Below are positions 49,960-61,842 of a stretch of 64,000 nucleotides of DNA, in pieces. The notes under the pieces are model-generated. The model was given only the letters and a program-made list of their open reading frames with translations, did not search any database and was not told where the DNA came from. The translations under genes and the position numbers were made by a program. The stretch's first letter is position 1, and each line of letters starts with the position of its first letter. The DNA is from Camelus dromedarius (Eukaryota), in assembly GCF_036321535.1 (NCBI RefSeq), contig NC_087437.1, forward strand, positions 118,546,001 through 118,610,000, written 5' to 3'.

Positions 49960-50910
49960 CAAGCTGTTTGCCCTGAGCCGACGTGACAAAGCCGCCGTCC
50001 ACTGAGATGGGGACATCTGTGGGCGCAACAGGTTTTGGAGCTGGGAGTTCAGTTCTGGATGTATCGGACTTGAGAGGGTGTATTTGTTTCCTGCTGAAAC
50101 AAAGTACCACGAACTGGTCTGAAAGAGTACAAATTCCTTCTCTCACAGGAATTTGGGAGGCCAGAAGTCTGGAATCGGGGTGTCAGTGGGGCCACACTCC
50201 CTCTGAGACTCTGATTAGAATCCTTCCTGCCTCTTCCAGCTTCTGGGGATGGCCGGTCACCCTTGCGGTCCTTAGCCGGCAGCTGCATCTCCCATCGCGC
50301 CCATCGCTGCCTCTGTCGTCCGGTGGCCTTCTCCCTGGGCGTCTGGTCTTTGCGTGGCTTGTGCCTCTTCTTCTAAGGACATGGGTCGTGTTGGATTAGG
50401 ACCCGGCCTCTAAGCTCATCTGAGCTCGAAGACATCTACAAAACCCCTGCTTCCAAGTCAGGTCACCTGATGAGGTCCTGGGCATTTAGGACTTCAACAT
50501 ATCTTTCTGGGGACACAACTGAACCCGTAACAGATGGCTATTCGACATCCAGGTGGGGGTGTTGAGTAGGAAAAGCCTGGAGCTCAGAGGGGAGGCCTGG
50601 GTTGGAGATGAAGCTTGGGGAAGTCGTGGGCACATGGAAGGTGCTTAAGGCTGTGAGACTCGATGGGGTCACCGAGAGAGGGAGTGAGGCTGGAGCCCAG
50701 AAGTGGTGCCAGAGCTGAACCCCCGGGAAGCTGCAGCATGTGGGGGAGATGGGAACCCCAGCAACGAGCCTGAGATGGGTGGTTAGAAGTGGAGGAGGAG
50801 CACCAGGAGAGCGAGGGGTCCCGGGATCCAAAGTGAAGAGCGCGTTTCCAGGAGGAGGGAGTGAGGGACTGAGTCAAATTCGGCTGATGGGTTGAGTCAG
50901 AGGAGGCTGG
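49960..50910 (-). mobile_element. L2 remnant split by an MLT1 LTR
   Basis: actgagatggggac...gagttcagttctggatgtat..ttgaga | LTR | tattcgacatccaggtgg...ctggagctcagaggggaggcctgggttggagat reads as contiguous L2 across the insertion. Confidence 0.7.
50079..50532 (-). mobile_element. MaLR solo LTR (MLT1B/C-like) nested in L2
   Basis: TG...CA ends (tgtatttgtttcctgctgaaacaaagtaccac...ggggacacaactgaacccgtaaca); 5-bp TSD GAGGG/GATGG. Confidence 0.85.
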
Positions 50911-51179
50911 AGAACACTGGGTTTGGCCCCCCTGCGGGTCTTGACAAAAACTACAGCTTCCCTGTTGATGGGACTATCCTGCGTGAAACCTTGAGTGTCC
51001 ATCTCTGGGGCTGTATTTTTTGTGTTCTATGTCTATTTCTAGAAGATTTCTTTATTTGGTAAACAGTCGGCTATGTGTCTGGACTTGGGGTAGAGGCTGA
51101 GCATAGAAGGATGGATACTAGACGCCTGGACCTCCCCATGGACACGACTGTTTCTGGGGAAGATGGGTGAGACAATTAA

Positions 51180-51960
51180 AAGGCGCTGCAACAGCTCAGT
51201 CTCACTGGCCACTAGGGAACTGCACATCAAAACCCCAGTGAGATACCATGCCACACCCACTAGCATGGCTGTACTATAAAAGACTAATAGCACCATGGAG
51301 CTATTGGATAAAATGGACTATTGATAAATGCTTGTGGGAGAGTACGGTGGTACCTCTACTTTGGAGGTCTGCTTGGCAGTTTTTTAGAAAACATTAAAAA
51401 TCCATCTAGCCCAGGACCCAGCAAGTTTCACTGTTAGGTATTTACCTAAGAGAAATGGAAACTACGTCCACAGAATGACTTGCACAAGAAGGTCCATGGC
51501 AGCCTTAGTCATAGCAGCCTAAAACTGGAAGCCACCAGATGCCCATCAAGAGAAGGATGGACCAGTCGTGGTATTCCTGCAGGGGAACCCTACTCAACGG
51601 TGAAGAGCACCTGTACCCAGGACAACATGAGAAAAGCCCAAAGACATACTGAGTAGAAGCCAGACCCTCCCCTCACCAGCCCCCACCCCCCCAAAAAAAC
51701 CCAACACGCATGATTCCATTTACATAATGTTCAAGAACTGGTGAAACCAGTCCATGGAGATAGAAAGTCAGAAAGTGGTTGCCTCTGAGGAACAGGAGGG
51801 ATTGACTGGAAACGGACATAAGGGAACCTTTTGGGAATAATCAGAATTGTTGTATTTTGGTTTGGGAAAACACCATGTCCAAACTCCCCAGTGGAAAATC
51901 CAAGATCTTGCATTTTTATTGTATATAAATAACTCACTAAAACTAAAAAGAAAAAAAATA
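51180..51960 (+). mobile_element. Old L1M (L1MB/MC-like) ORF2 end and 3' UTR
   Basis: aaaaccccagtgagataccatgccacacccactag...ttaggtatttacctaagagaaatggaaac...atgattccatttacataatgttcaagaac; A-rich tail. Confidence 0.8.
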
Positions 51961-52417
51961 CCCGTGACAGGTGTTCCCCAGGTGCTTACCAACTGCCAGG
52001 AGGGGGCCGGGGAGGCGTCCTGGTGGGGAGGCACTGTTGAGTGAGGATTTCTGAGTGACACTGGAAAGGCAGGAGGAGGGCCACCAGCCAAGTGACGACC
52101 CCAGCCACAGTCCGGGGTGGGAAGGGGCTTTGCCTTGTTACCAAGTACCAGGGACTGAGAAAGGAAACCCCAGTTATTTCGCTGAATTTATCTTCTTTTA
52201 AGGTTTGGCATGTATCTGAGGCAAAACTGGTTCCCCCTCCTGTGCGAACTTCCTAATGGACTATGTTCAGGGTTCAGTTTTGTAACAGTTTTTTCAATAA
52301 ATTTCTGATCGATAGAAGTTTTTCCAAGTAGTAAATTGTTCTTGGTACTTCATTTTTAGAAGAAGTATTCAGGAGTGTAACCTGATGGTTTCTGTGTTTT
52401 TCCCTAAAAAATAAAAG

Positions 52418-52506
52418 CTGCAGATACTCGTCGACACTGGGAGTAGCAACTTCGCGGTGGCGGGAGCCCCGCACTCCTACATCGACTCGTACTTCGACGC
52501 GGAGAG
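52418..52506 (+). CDS. BACE2: BACE2 coding exon 2 (89 nt) with first catalytic aspartate motif DTGS
   Basis: Absent from the ORF track, read by eye: aag|CTG CAG ATA CTC GTC GAC ACT GGG AGT AGC... = LQILVDTGSSNFAVAGAPHSYIDSYFDAE(R). Catalytic Asp codon at 52433-52435. Donor AG|GTGAGT, phase 2. Continues exon 1 in frame. Confidence 0.97.
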
Positions 52507-52614
52507 GTGAGTGACGGGTCCGCGCCTGGTGTGGCAGGTTTGGGGGCACCGCAGGAGACCTGCAGAAAGCACCGGGAAGAAAGCAGCCAAAAGTCTTATT
52601 TCACGTCAAGGGAG

Positions 52615-52829
52615 ACGTGTACGTGCGTGTATCTGTGATTGTTGGTTTGTGTGTACGTGTGTGCATATGTAGGTATCTGTGTGCACATGGCGGCATGTGT
52701 ATTTGTGTATATGCATATATAGTTGTGTGCACGTGCAGATATCTGTGTGCACGTGCGTGTGGTGGCGTGTATACTTGTGTGTGGTGCACATGTGCGAGCA
52801 TGTGTACGTGCACGTGTATACGTGTGCAT
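52615..52829. repeat. Degenerate alternating purine-pyrimidine (TG/CA/TA/CG) tract
   Basis: acgtgtacgtgcgtgtat...gtgtacgtgcacgtgtatacgtgtgcat. Confidence 0.9.
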
Positions 52830-55800
52830 TCGTTCCAGATGAACATAGGAGGGTTCTCCTAGTAACCTTGGTGCATCCTCATGAGATCTGTTCGATGCAA
52901 ATCCAAGTCAGACGGGAGCCTTGTCATCATACTGGAGTTGCAGGGAGCACATGACCCTTTGCTGTTTCTCGAGCCCCTCCAGTCCTAGCGTGGAGGTGGT
53001 CTCCAGCAGGGAGGGGAGCATTGGATGTGAGTGTGAGACTGTTGTGGGCGGTGGCTTGGAAAGCCACGTTTGCATCGCCCCAGTGTTCAGTGGGGTCAAG
53101 GTGGTTCACAGAAACCATTTCTATGCAGGCAGATGTGCCTGGAGAGAGAAATCCATGACCCATTTGGAAAGGATGTGTTGTGAGCACACAGCGTTCAGGC
53201 CTGAGACGGGGCTCCGCAGTTGTAGGCGGGGTTGGGAGAAAGAGTGGAGCCTGGATGGAGGTCTCTGGAATGAGGCCAGCTCTGCACAGTGCAGGCCTGG
53301 GACCCTGGGCCCCGGGGAGCTCTGGGTGGGCCCCCAGGAGAGCCACCGGGTCCTTGTGTGTGTCACTGGTCACCTCTGGAGGAGCCCATGGGGTCAGAGT
53401 CACTGTCGTTGGTACCTGTTTCTGCCTTAATGCTCTGCGCATTTTAACTTCCCATCTGTTGTGACGCTAAGGTGTGGACGCCACAGCTAACACAGGCAAG
53501 CTGACACAGACTTAGCCTTTTAGGGTCAGGCACTGCTACATCACACTTCCCTGCTGCAAATCCTTGTGTCTTTCCTTTCTCGCTTTCCTCACCCTCAATC
53601 TTTTGTTTGGGGGAATAAACCCCGACTTTAGTTGGGGAAGAAAAGAAAGGACACACAGGAGGGAAAGTGACAACTGAGAAGCTTCTGAAAGTCCTGTTAA
53701 TGAGGCAGGATCCTTTACACAGAAGCGCCCGCCTACCTCCTCCCTGTGCGTCTTGGTCTCCGTTTTGGTGGCACAGAGAGGAGTGGTCCCCTGGGAGTCC
53801 AGCTGGAGGGGAGTGGGGGCTGGTGCTCTGTGGGCCTCCGGGGCTACCATGATATCTGGTTGGCCCCTCCTTCAAGGAATCAATGGCTTAATGTGGGACT
53901 CAGTGTGTTGACCACCTTTTATCGTTGAAATTCCCGATGGAACTCCCGGTTGCGATCAAGAGGCCGACGTGCACCCTGAAGTTCCTGCTGTAACCTCAGA
54001 TGTGTGTGAGATGGGGCAAGGGGTGTGCAGGCGGGGGAAGGAGGTTGGCTTATGATGCACCCACTACCCTTGGCCTGTTCCCGCTCAGACTGTGGTTCAT
54101 CCAAATCCCCGGCCCCAGACAGCCTCCTGCCCTCAGTCGCTTCATCATGGAACCAAACCTCTCTTTATTCATGTAGCACAGGAGGTCCAGGAGCCTAGAG
54201 ACTGGCCCGAGTCCAGGCTGCTAGGCCAGCAGGTGCAAAACTTCAGTCCTGGCACCCCCTGTTTGTAACAAGTGCTTTGTAATGCCTTGAACTATGCAAA
54301 GGTAATATGTCACCAATGTATGTAATTCTGAATGCCCTGATGCAGTATGGGAGGGTGGGGGGATAAAAGAAGGCAATTTACAGGTGATCAGTACCTCAAT
54401 ATGTAAGCACTCTGGGTAGGAGACACGTGAAGTCGGGGGGTGTGTGAGGCTGTGAGCATCGACCTAGCCATGCAGCGCCCAGCACAGACTGATAAAATCA
54501 GATTAAAACTGACTCCGACACCCAGAGCAGCTTGGGTTGATGACATGATTCTTCCAGATGGGTGAAGACTCTTGGTAAAGTTTCCCCCCAAAGTATCACC
54601 TTCCCTCAATGTGCACAATAGTTACATTCCGGGAAATGCCATGTCTATTACACTAGGTGAAGAATGTGTTGGTGGCAGAGCAGTCCCAGCTCTGCGTCTT
54701 TCCCACTGCAAGGCTCTTCCCAGACCGCACACTTACCCCGCCTCCCCACGCCCACCGCGGGCTCTGCCTGCCGTCGAGGAAGAATAGACATCTTTGGAGC
54801 TCAGGTACATCTTTAACGGTTTTCCTCCGCTGGAGTAATTTTGTTTTCCATCACACATCTGTAGACCTGTGATACAAATGGTGGGGGGAAAGTGCAGGAC
54901 AGTCAAGCCAAGTTTGGGTGGGTGTACATCTACTCTATAGATTTAAATGTGCGAATCTAGTGCCGTGGGTGGTCATTTCCTCCCCAGCAGGTAAGTGCTG
55001 GGCTTTGATAAAGGTTGGAGTGTGCTTTTCAACCCCGTCATCCTTTTGCAGTGCAGATGCAGTTATTGAAACTTTCAAGGGTAAATAATAGTCCGTGTTA
55101 CAAATGCTGGATGCGGTGTCATTTAATATGTGTACAATATTTAATCGGGGCGGTAGACACCTGGGTGTCCTCCTCATGTCTTCGACTTTGCTCGTTGTTT
55201 GCCTGAATTATGGTTTTCTTTCAGCCTTCGGTGGGGCCCATCCTTACAGCTTTCCTCCTGGCCAGGTTTGGCTTCGGGTGGCAAGTGGCTCCTGTCTTTC
55301 TTATTTAAAGACTGAGCTTCTCTGGTTTCTTCACACCTGATTTAATGTGAAGGCTCCTGGGAACCTCCCTAGCTCCCATGACCACTGGGCCTGCCTTCCT
55401 GCTAACCCCACAAGAGAATTCAGGGGTCCCTCCCAGCTTGAGCACTCAAGTTTCTCATCGAGTTCTCCTTTTGTGAGCGAATAAAAAGAGATACAGCGGA
55501 ACCTGCCAGCCTGAACCCAGGACCCCTGCATTGTCGGTTTCTTCCCAGTGGCACTTCCGTCATTCAGACCTTGACCTGCCTTCCTCATTTGCAAGTATTG
55601 CTGACATTTACTGAGTCCTCATGAAACTTGACCCCCTTTGGGCCCCCAGCCCTGGTACTGCCCTTCTTTTAAGGAGATCAGTGCTTCCACGGGGCTATCA
55701 GATTTCTTCTTAGCTGAATCAGATGTGAAGCCTCACATTTCTGAGTTTTAGGAAGTTCTGTTCCATCAACTGCATTTCTACTAACATACGCATGTTGCCG

Positions 55801-57579
55801 GTTAAATACTTGGTTAGATTTATATTAACCTTTCTTTCTCTCCTTTCCTCTGTTTTTTCTCCATGCTTCTCACAGGCTTTTGTTAACACAGATTTATTCT
55901 TATGACGATACAAATGATGAACGTAATTTCCTATGTCGATTATGTACGATTAATTTGTGTGATGCTTTCAGCGAACTTCCGCATTGGCCTAAGGTACACC
56001 GTCCACCATTATGTCTGATGGAAGCGGAGAGAATGTCCTCACTTCCTTTCTCAGTGTTTGACAAAGGTTTCTTTTCTGAGCCGTGGCTCCTGCCCTGTGA
56101 TGTTCCCGCATTTGCTTGTTCCTCTGATCTCTTTGTTATAACAAGGCCTCCGGTTGGGCTCATCAGCTGCTGAGTCAAGTCCCGCGTCTCTGGGTGTTCA
56201 GGCTGAACGCTTCCTGGAACATTTCCCCGTAATTGGAGGTTTGACTTGGGGCTCTTTGACAAGATCTCTTTGATTTGTGGAATGAGCCGTCAGGCTACCG
56301 TTAGTCATTTGTGTCCCTTTGTCCCATCAGGAGCCCTCTTTTCGTGGTGGTGAATGTTCCAGTGAATTACTATATAGCAAAAAGACAGTCATGTAAGTTT
56401 TTTCAGATGTTTTTCTTCTTTAGGCAGTAAAATAGCCCCCAGCAGATTGACTTGATGAGAGACTCAATGTATTTATCCCCCTGACCTCACACTAATCTAT
56501 TCAGGAAATTAAGCATATCTTCATTAAAACATCTCCTCCTCCTGTACTGTGTCTGGGGCGAAGCCCACAGAGTATCTGTGGCAAGGGAGCCGTTTCTTTT
56601 CCTCAACTGATGCTGGTAAGTAGAATTGGAATATTAGTAAGTTAGTAGGTCGTTTCCTTAAGGAGCTGGACCCTTGAGGCCAAATGTCTCACCTTTCCGT
56701 TGACTGACCATTGGACAATGCATGGAGCCTCCCAGCACCTGCCTGTCCAGGAGGGGGCCCTGCCGTGCTGGAGCCACAGCGGTCGCCGCTGCCGAGGATA
56801 CTGGGAAACCTCCGGGCTGAGCAGGCTGACTGAGCATCCCTGGGCTGTCTGCGGGCCCTTCACTCTGGCCACTTTCAGACCTCACAAGAGTAAGAGGGGT
56901 ATCTGGTCACCTGGTCGAGGCCAACCATCCTCAAAGATAGACTCCAGACTCTGAAATGTGCAGAAGAGCCCCAGGCACGTCTTGGCAGAGTTTCTCAGGA
57001 GACTCGGCATTTCAGGGGTCGGATGGCTTCAGAGAAACAAAGCCGACCCCAGGATTCAGCTCTTCTGACTTCTGCCCTTCCACTGTCTGACTGTATGTTC
57101 TCTGAAAGCAACATGAGTTTCTTTAAAATAATAACACGTTCCGTGGTTCTTTGCTCCTCAGTTCAATTGATTTCACTTTTTGATCCTGCATCTCCCGAAC
57201 ACTCTTATCAGAGGCAGAATGTCTCCTGAATTTGGTTCAAAGTGGTTTTATTGCCGTGAGCGGACTTTTCCCGGGCTCCCCACATCCTTGATGGATGGCT
57301 TTCTGCATACCCAGGATGGACACTGCAAGAAGCAGCCAATCTGGGGTTTGCTCTCGATGTAGCTAATTAATGTGCAGCGCAATCGAGAGCCAAAGCATTT
57401 TAGTGCCAAATGCACCAAATGGAGAAATGCACTTTTTTTTTTTAAGCCTGGCACTGGGGAGTAAATATTAATAACTCTGAGAGCTGCTTACGGTTCATCT
57501 CTGGGGTTTTTGCTCTTTGAGGTTTAGTTCGAGGAGCCCAGGGAGTATGAACTAAGAATTACTTTCTCTCACATTATCT

Positions 57580-58272
57580 AGAACTGCGCTTTCTGCAAGC
57601 GTAGCTACTATTCACAGGTGGCAATTAAATTTAAATTAATTAATGTTAAATACAAGTTCAGCTCTTTAGACAAACTAAAAAGAACGGACAGTCCTTGACT
57701 TATGATGGGTCAATTTAGGGTTTTTTCCACTTTACGATGGTACAAAAGCAGTCGTGCTCAGTAGAAACCGCAGTTCGTGTTTTGGATTTTGATCTCCTCC
57801 CAAGCTGCTGATATGCAGGATGATTTTGTCCAGTGATACCAGGTAGTGGCCGCTGCGGTTCCCAGGCACCCACGCAGTCACGAGGGTGGACGACAGATAC
57901 ACCTGTAACCGTGCTGGCCCCAGACCGCATTGTCTTTCACTCTCAGGACAGTATTCACTAAATTACAGGAGATAGTCAGCATGTCATTACAAAATAGGCT
58001 TTGTGTCAGATTATTTTGCCCACCTGTAGGCTCATGTATGTGTTCTGAGCGTGTTTAAAGTAGGGCAGGATGTGAGGTAGGTTAGGTGCATTGGATGCAT
58101 CTTTGACATCGATATTTTCAACTTATGATGGGTTTATCAGGATGTGACCTCGTCACATGTTGAAGATCTTGAATCACATTTCAGGTCTATAGCCACCTGT
58201 GGCTACTGTGTTGGAAGCATCAATAGAGAATATTTGTCATTGTAGAAGTTCTGTTGGACAGTCCTGGGCTAG
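57580..58272. mobile_element. MER33/MER3-like hAT MITE interrupted by a Tigger element
   Basis: Left part gtagctactattcacaggtggcaattaaatttaaattaattaa...ttcagctc; right part cacatttcaggtctatagccacctgtggcta...gaagttctgttggacag. Confidence 0.65.
57686..58170 (-). mobile_element. Tigger4/Zombi-like TcMar DNA transposon derivative
   Basis: cggacagtccttgacttatgatggg...actttacgatggtacaaaagc...aaaataggctttgtgtcagattattttgcccacctgtaggct...atattttcaacttatgatgggtttatcaggatgt. Confidence 0.75.
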
Positions 58273-58514
58273 AACCCAGAAGAACTCTGTTTTTTTAGAA
58301 ATGTGAAGGCCCCTCTCTTCCCCTGACCATTGTAGCCAAGTCATACCCAAGACTTGCCTGTCTTCATGGAGCTTGTTGGACTTCATAATGAGGAAGTTTG
58401 GGATAGTCGGTAAGAATAAGTCTATAGGAACATTTTCTAGGGAAAAAATTCTTACATTTTCTAACACCAGCTCATAGATTGACTAAAGGTAGCAAGTGAT
58501 TGGATAATTATAAT

Positions 58515-58735
58515 ACTAGCAGCTATTTTTGTTGTGCACCTGCTGTGTTCCAGGGTTTTGTTCTACATGGTTGACAGCATGACCTCTTTTCATCCTCAAT
58601 GTTAACCCAGTGAGGTGTGGAACTGTATTTCCCCCACTTTTCAGCTGAAGAAACTGAGGTGCAGAGCAGTTAAATAACTTGCCCCAGGTTGAAGTCGTGT
58701 CTGACCCCAGGCAGTGTAACTCCAGCTGCCTCACA
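58515..58735 (-). mobile_element. MIR SINE
   Basis: ccccacttttcagctgaagaaactgaggtgcagagcagttaaataacttgccccagg. Confidence 0.75.
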
Positions 58736-58887
58736 TCTGTCTGCAAATGGCACCGATGTATCCAGGATGTTTGCCCGTGAGGGAAGCAGCAAGTAGATCA
58801 GTGCACCATAGAGTACACGCTGAGATGCTGATGAGTCTTCTGTAGGCTGGACAGAGTAAGAAGAAGACAACTTCTCAAAATCAGATG

Positions 58888-59047
58888 TCTTCTGTATAGC
58901 ACAGGGAACCATGTTAATGTCTTATAGTAGTAACCTATAATGAAAAATAATAGGAAAACGAATCTATGTATGTACAAGTATGACTGAAACATTGTGCTGT
59001 ACACCAGAAACTGACACATTGTAACTGACTATACTTCAACTTAAAAA
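58888..59047 (+). mobile_element. Very short 5'-truncated L1 3' end
   Basis: ttctgtatagcacagggaac...ttgtaactgactatacttcaac plus A-tail; TSD AAAATCA(G/A)ATG at 58877-58887 and 59048-59058. Confidence 0.85.
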
Positions 59048-59131
59048 AAAATCAAATGGAAGACAAAACAACTTCTTAAAAGAAAGGCATGCTACTATAG
59101 CGTGCTTCGGGGGATAACGAATAATCTAGAT

Positions 59132-59367
59132 CAGGAGCTGGCAAACTAGGGCTGACAGGCTGCATCCAGCCTGCCGTCTGTTTGTGTGAATAAAGTTTTA
59201 TTGGCACACAGCCACACACGTTTGTTGATCTGTATCTGTGGCTGCTTCTTCAGGATACTTGCAGAGCTGGGTGTGGTTGTAACGGAGATCACGTGACACA
59301 CCCCCCCCCCAACCAAGCTGAAACATTTATTGTCTGGCCCCTTTACAGGAAAAGTTGGCCAACCCCA
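59132..59367 (+). mobile_element. MER58A-like hAT MITE
   Basis: caggagctggcaaacta...aataaagttttattggcacacagccac...tctggcccctttacaggaaaagttggccaacccc. Confidence 0.8.
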
Positions 59368-60099
59368 TGCTCCCTGATATCCTCAAAGCCTTTCAAAATA
59401 ATTAGCCTCTTCCATTAACAACAGTTTGGTGCTGAACTTGAGGAATGACCCTGAATTGTCAAAAGGGACTGACAATTCAGTCTTTTCATTGCTTTTCAGC
59501 GTAAGTGTGTGCAGCCCCTGCTGTGTGCCAGGCGTAGCTGCATTGATGCTGGCACTAGAACTTGGCACTAAAACACCAGCCCTCAAGCGCCTGCATTTCA
59601 GTGCCCTCATTGTGTGCTTTATATGTGTAATTTCTGATGGGTCCCTTAGTGGTCCCTGTGCCTGGGGTCCATCCACTCTTACTTTTTGGTCTGTGCCTGC
59701 CCTTATTAGAAAATATGTGTGCAGAAAACGTTCACTTAATGCTGTTCTCTCTTGAAGATCATGGTGGAGTTAGCCAAAATAGTAAGGAAACATTAAAACT
59801 AAACATTCTTCATATTTCATATCCCATGATGGAGTTAGAATAAATTAAATTTCTCCAAAGTGTGTCTGCCAGACATTTTAAAAATAACCTTTTTTCTCTC
59901 TGATGATAAAATTTATCTATGCAGAAAATATGGAAGGGCCCAACCACAAGAGTGAATTTCCCTCCACAAAACCCCACCATCCAGAGGTAGCACTGTTACT
60001 ATCTGAGTGTAATAAATTTGCTTTGAAGAAGATTCTGCCAGATGTACAAATGTTTCTTTGACCTTAATTTTTTCCTGTCACTGAAAATGTTTTAGTCAA

Positions 60100-60330
60100 C
60101 AGCGTTTTCAGTGCTACATAATATTCCACCATTTGGATATACCATAATTTACTAAATTATTTCCTTCTTACTGGGCATTTAGATTGTTTCCAACTATTTT
60201 CTGTTATAAATAAAACATGAATTTCTGTCTGCAAAATGGACATTTCCGTAGGATCTGATTCTCAAAAGTACAATTATCAAATTAAAGACTGTTAACATTT
60301 TTAAAGCTTATGATATGTACCCCAAAAAAG
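60100..60330 (-). mobile_element. L1ME-like remnant
   Basis: ataatattccaccatttggatataccataattt...gggcatttagattgtttcca. Confidence 0.6.
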
Positions 60331-61625
60331 GTTATATATTCTCTGACTTCCTGCCTAACTCCAAACAAGACCACACTAGTTCATATAATCCTACAGCAAA
60401 GACTTATTAACATGTATTAATGTTCAGAGATTTAATCTTAAAACAAAGTGAAGTGAAAACTGCAAACAGGAACACGTAGCAATGATCTGTTTGCTGATTT
60501 GACACTTGGCTTAGAAACTGCATAGTTTTCCTAAGGAGAGCATGGTTGGAATGCCCACATATTTGCCTAGATTGTTCACTGTGTTCCTTTCTCTAGTCTG
60601 ACAAAGTTTTCAAACTCAAATGAGTGTAAGAATGACTATAGGATTGGACACCCAGGGCCTTGACATCTGCTGTTCTTTCTCCAGGATGTCCCCTCCACAG
60701 GCAGCCATGTGGTTCCTTGTCTTCATCCAGGTCTTACACAAGTGTCATCCTTTCAAAGAGGCCTCAGTGACCCACAGGGCCCTTGCCCTCCCCTCCCCCA
60801 GCTCCCTTCCCTGGACAGCTCTTCTCCCACTGTCCTTGCCTGTTTGTTCCTTTGTTCATTGTCTGTCTCTGAAATCCCGAGAGCAGGATTTCCATCACCC
60901 TTCCCCTTGTCTGGTCTTGTTCACGTGACTGTCTCAGTAACTCTTACCCTCAGGGCTGTGTGCGTGTGGGGCTGTCACAGCGATCTGTGTCACAGCGTAT
61001 CATTCGTGTCGTCCTCGTGTTTTGGTATGACTGTAACCAGCTTCCGGGCACTTGGGGCAGCCTTGAGAAGGGACCTGTGACACACCAGCAGGCAGCACGG
61101 GCCCTGGGGATGAACAGCCCTGGTGTCGGGCTGTGGCTTGGTCTTTATTCGTCACCTTGGTTGTGTGTGTGACTCTGAAACCCAGGCCACTGCGGGCGCA
61201 AGCTGGTGGCACCGTCCTCTGGGCTGCCAGCTTTTCTCTGTGTTCCAGAGCAGCAGTGCAGGGTCCCCGCAGAGCCAGAGGGCCAGGCGGGTGCCCACAT
61301 TTAGTTGTGCTGTCCAAGGCCAACGCAGTTAAGTCAACACCTGACTTATGGGGTTGAACTAAGGCTCGGCAAAGACTTAAATTCGGGGGCCACATGTTAA
61401 CCCCAGGACCCCCTCACACGTAGCTCAGAAGACGCCATTACCCAAATGTTAGTTATTTCTTGGGAAATGCCACCTGGAGAGCACAGGCCCGATCATCATG
61501 AAGAATTGCTTACGTGGACCTTCTGTGCTTACTGACTGCTGCCTGGGCAGCCGTGACCAGCCGTCTTGTCAGAACAGGGACACGTGGACGGGATGCAGGT
61601 CACGATGCCTCTTCTCTTTCTCCAG

Positions 61626-61842
61626 GTCCAGCACCTACCGCCCCAAGGGCTTCGACGTCACTGTGAAGTACACACAAGGGAGCTGGACTGGCTTCGTCGG
61701 GGAGGACGTTGTCACCATCCCCAAAGGCTTCAATAGTTCCTTTCTTGTCAACATTGCCACAATCTTCGAGTCAGAGAATTTCTTCTTGCCTGGGATTAAA
61801 TGGAATGGGATACTGGGACTGGCTTACGCTACCCTGGCCAAG
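61626..61842 (+). CDS. BACE2: BACE2 coding exon 3 (217 nt; flap region)
   Basis: Pyrimidine tract cttctctttctccag|G completes the split Arg codon, then SSTYRPKGFDVTVKYTQGSWTGFVGEDVVTIPKGFNSSFLVNIATIFESENFFLPGIKWNGILGLAYATLAK. Contains flap YTQG and N-glycosylation sequon NSS (61732-61740). Donor AAG|GTAAGA, phase 0. Confidence 0.98.

Larger units (their letters stand above)
19366..52417 (+). other. BACE2: BACE2 intron 1 (33,052 nt, GT-AG)
   Basis: Bounded by the exon 1 donor and exon 2 acceptor; reading frame is consistent across the splice. Confidence 0.93.
52507..61625 (+). other. BACE2: BACE2 intron 2 (9,119 nt, GT-AG)
   Basis: GTGAGT donor and ttctccag acceptor; the phase-2 junction restores AGG (Arg). 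Confidence 0.95.

Noticed and set aside
55913..56018. Possible intronic C/D snoRNA (ATGATGA ... CTGA about 100 nt apart)
   Set aside because: No terminal stem or recognisable rRNA antisense element; such box pairs occur by chance.
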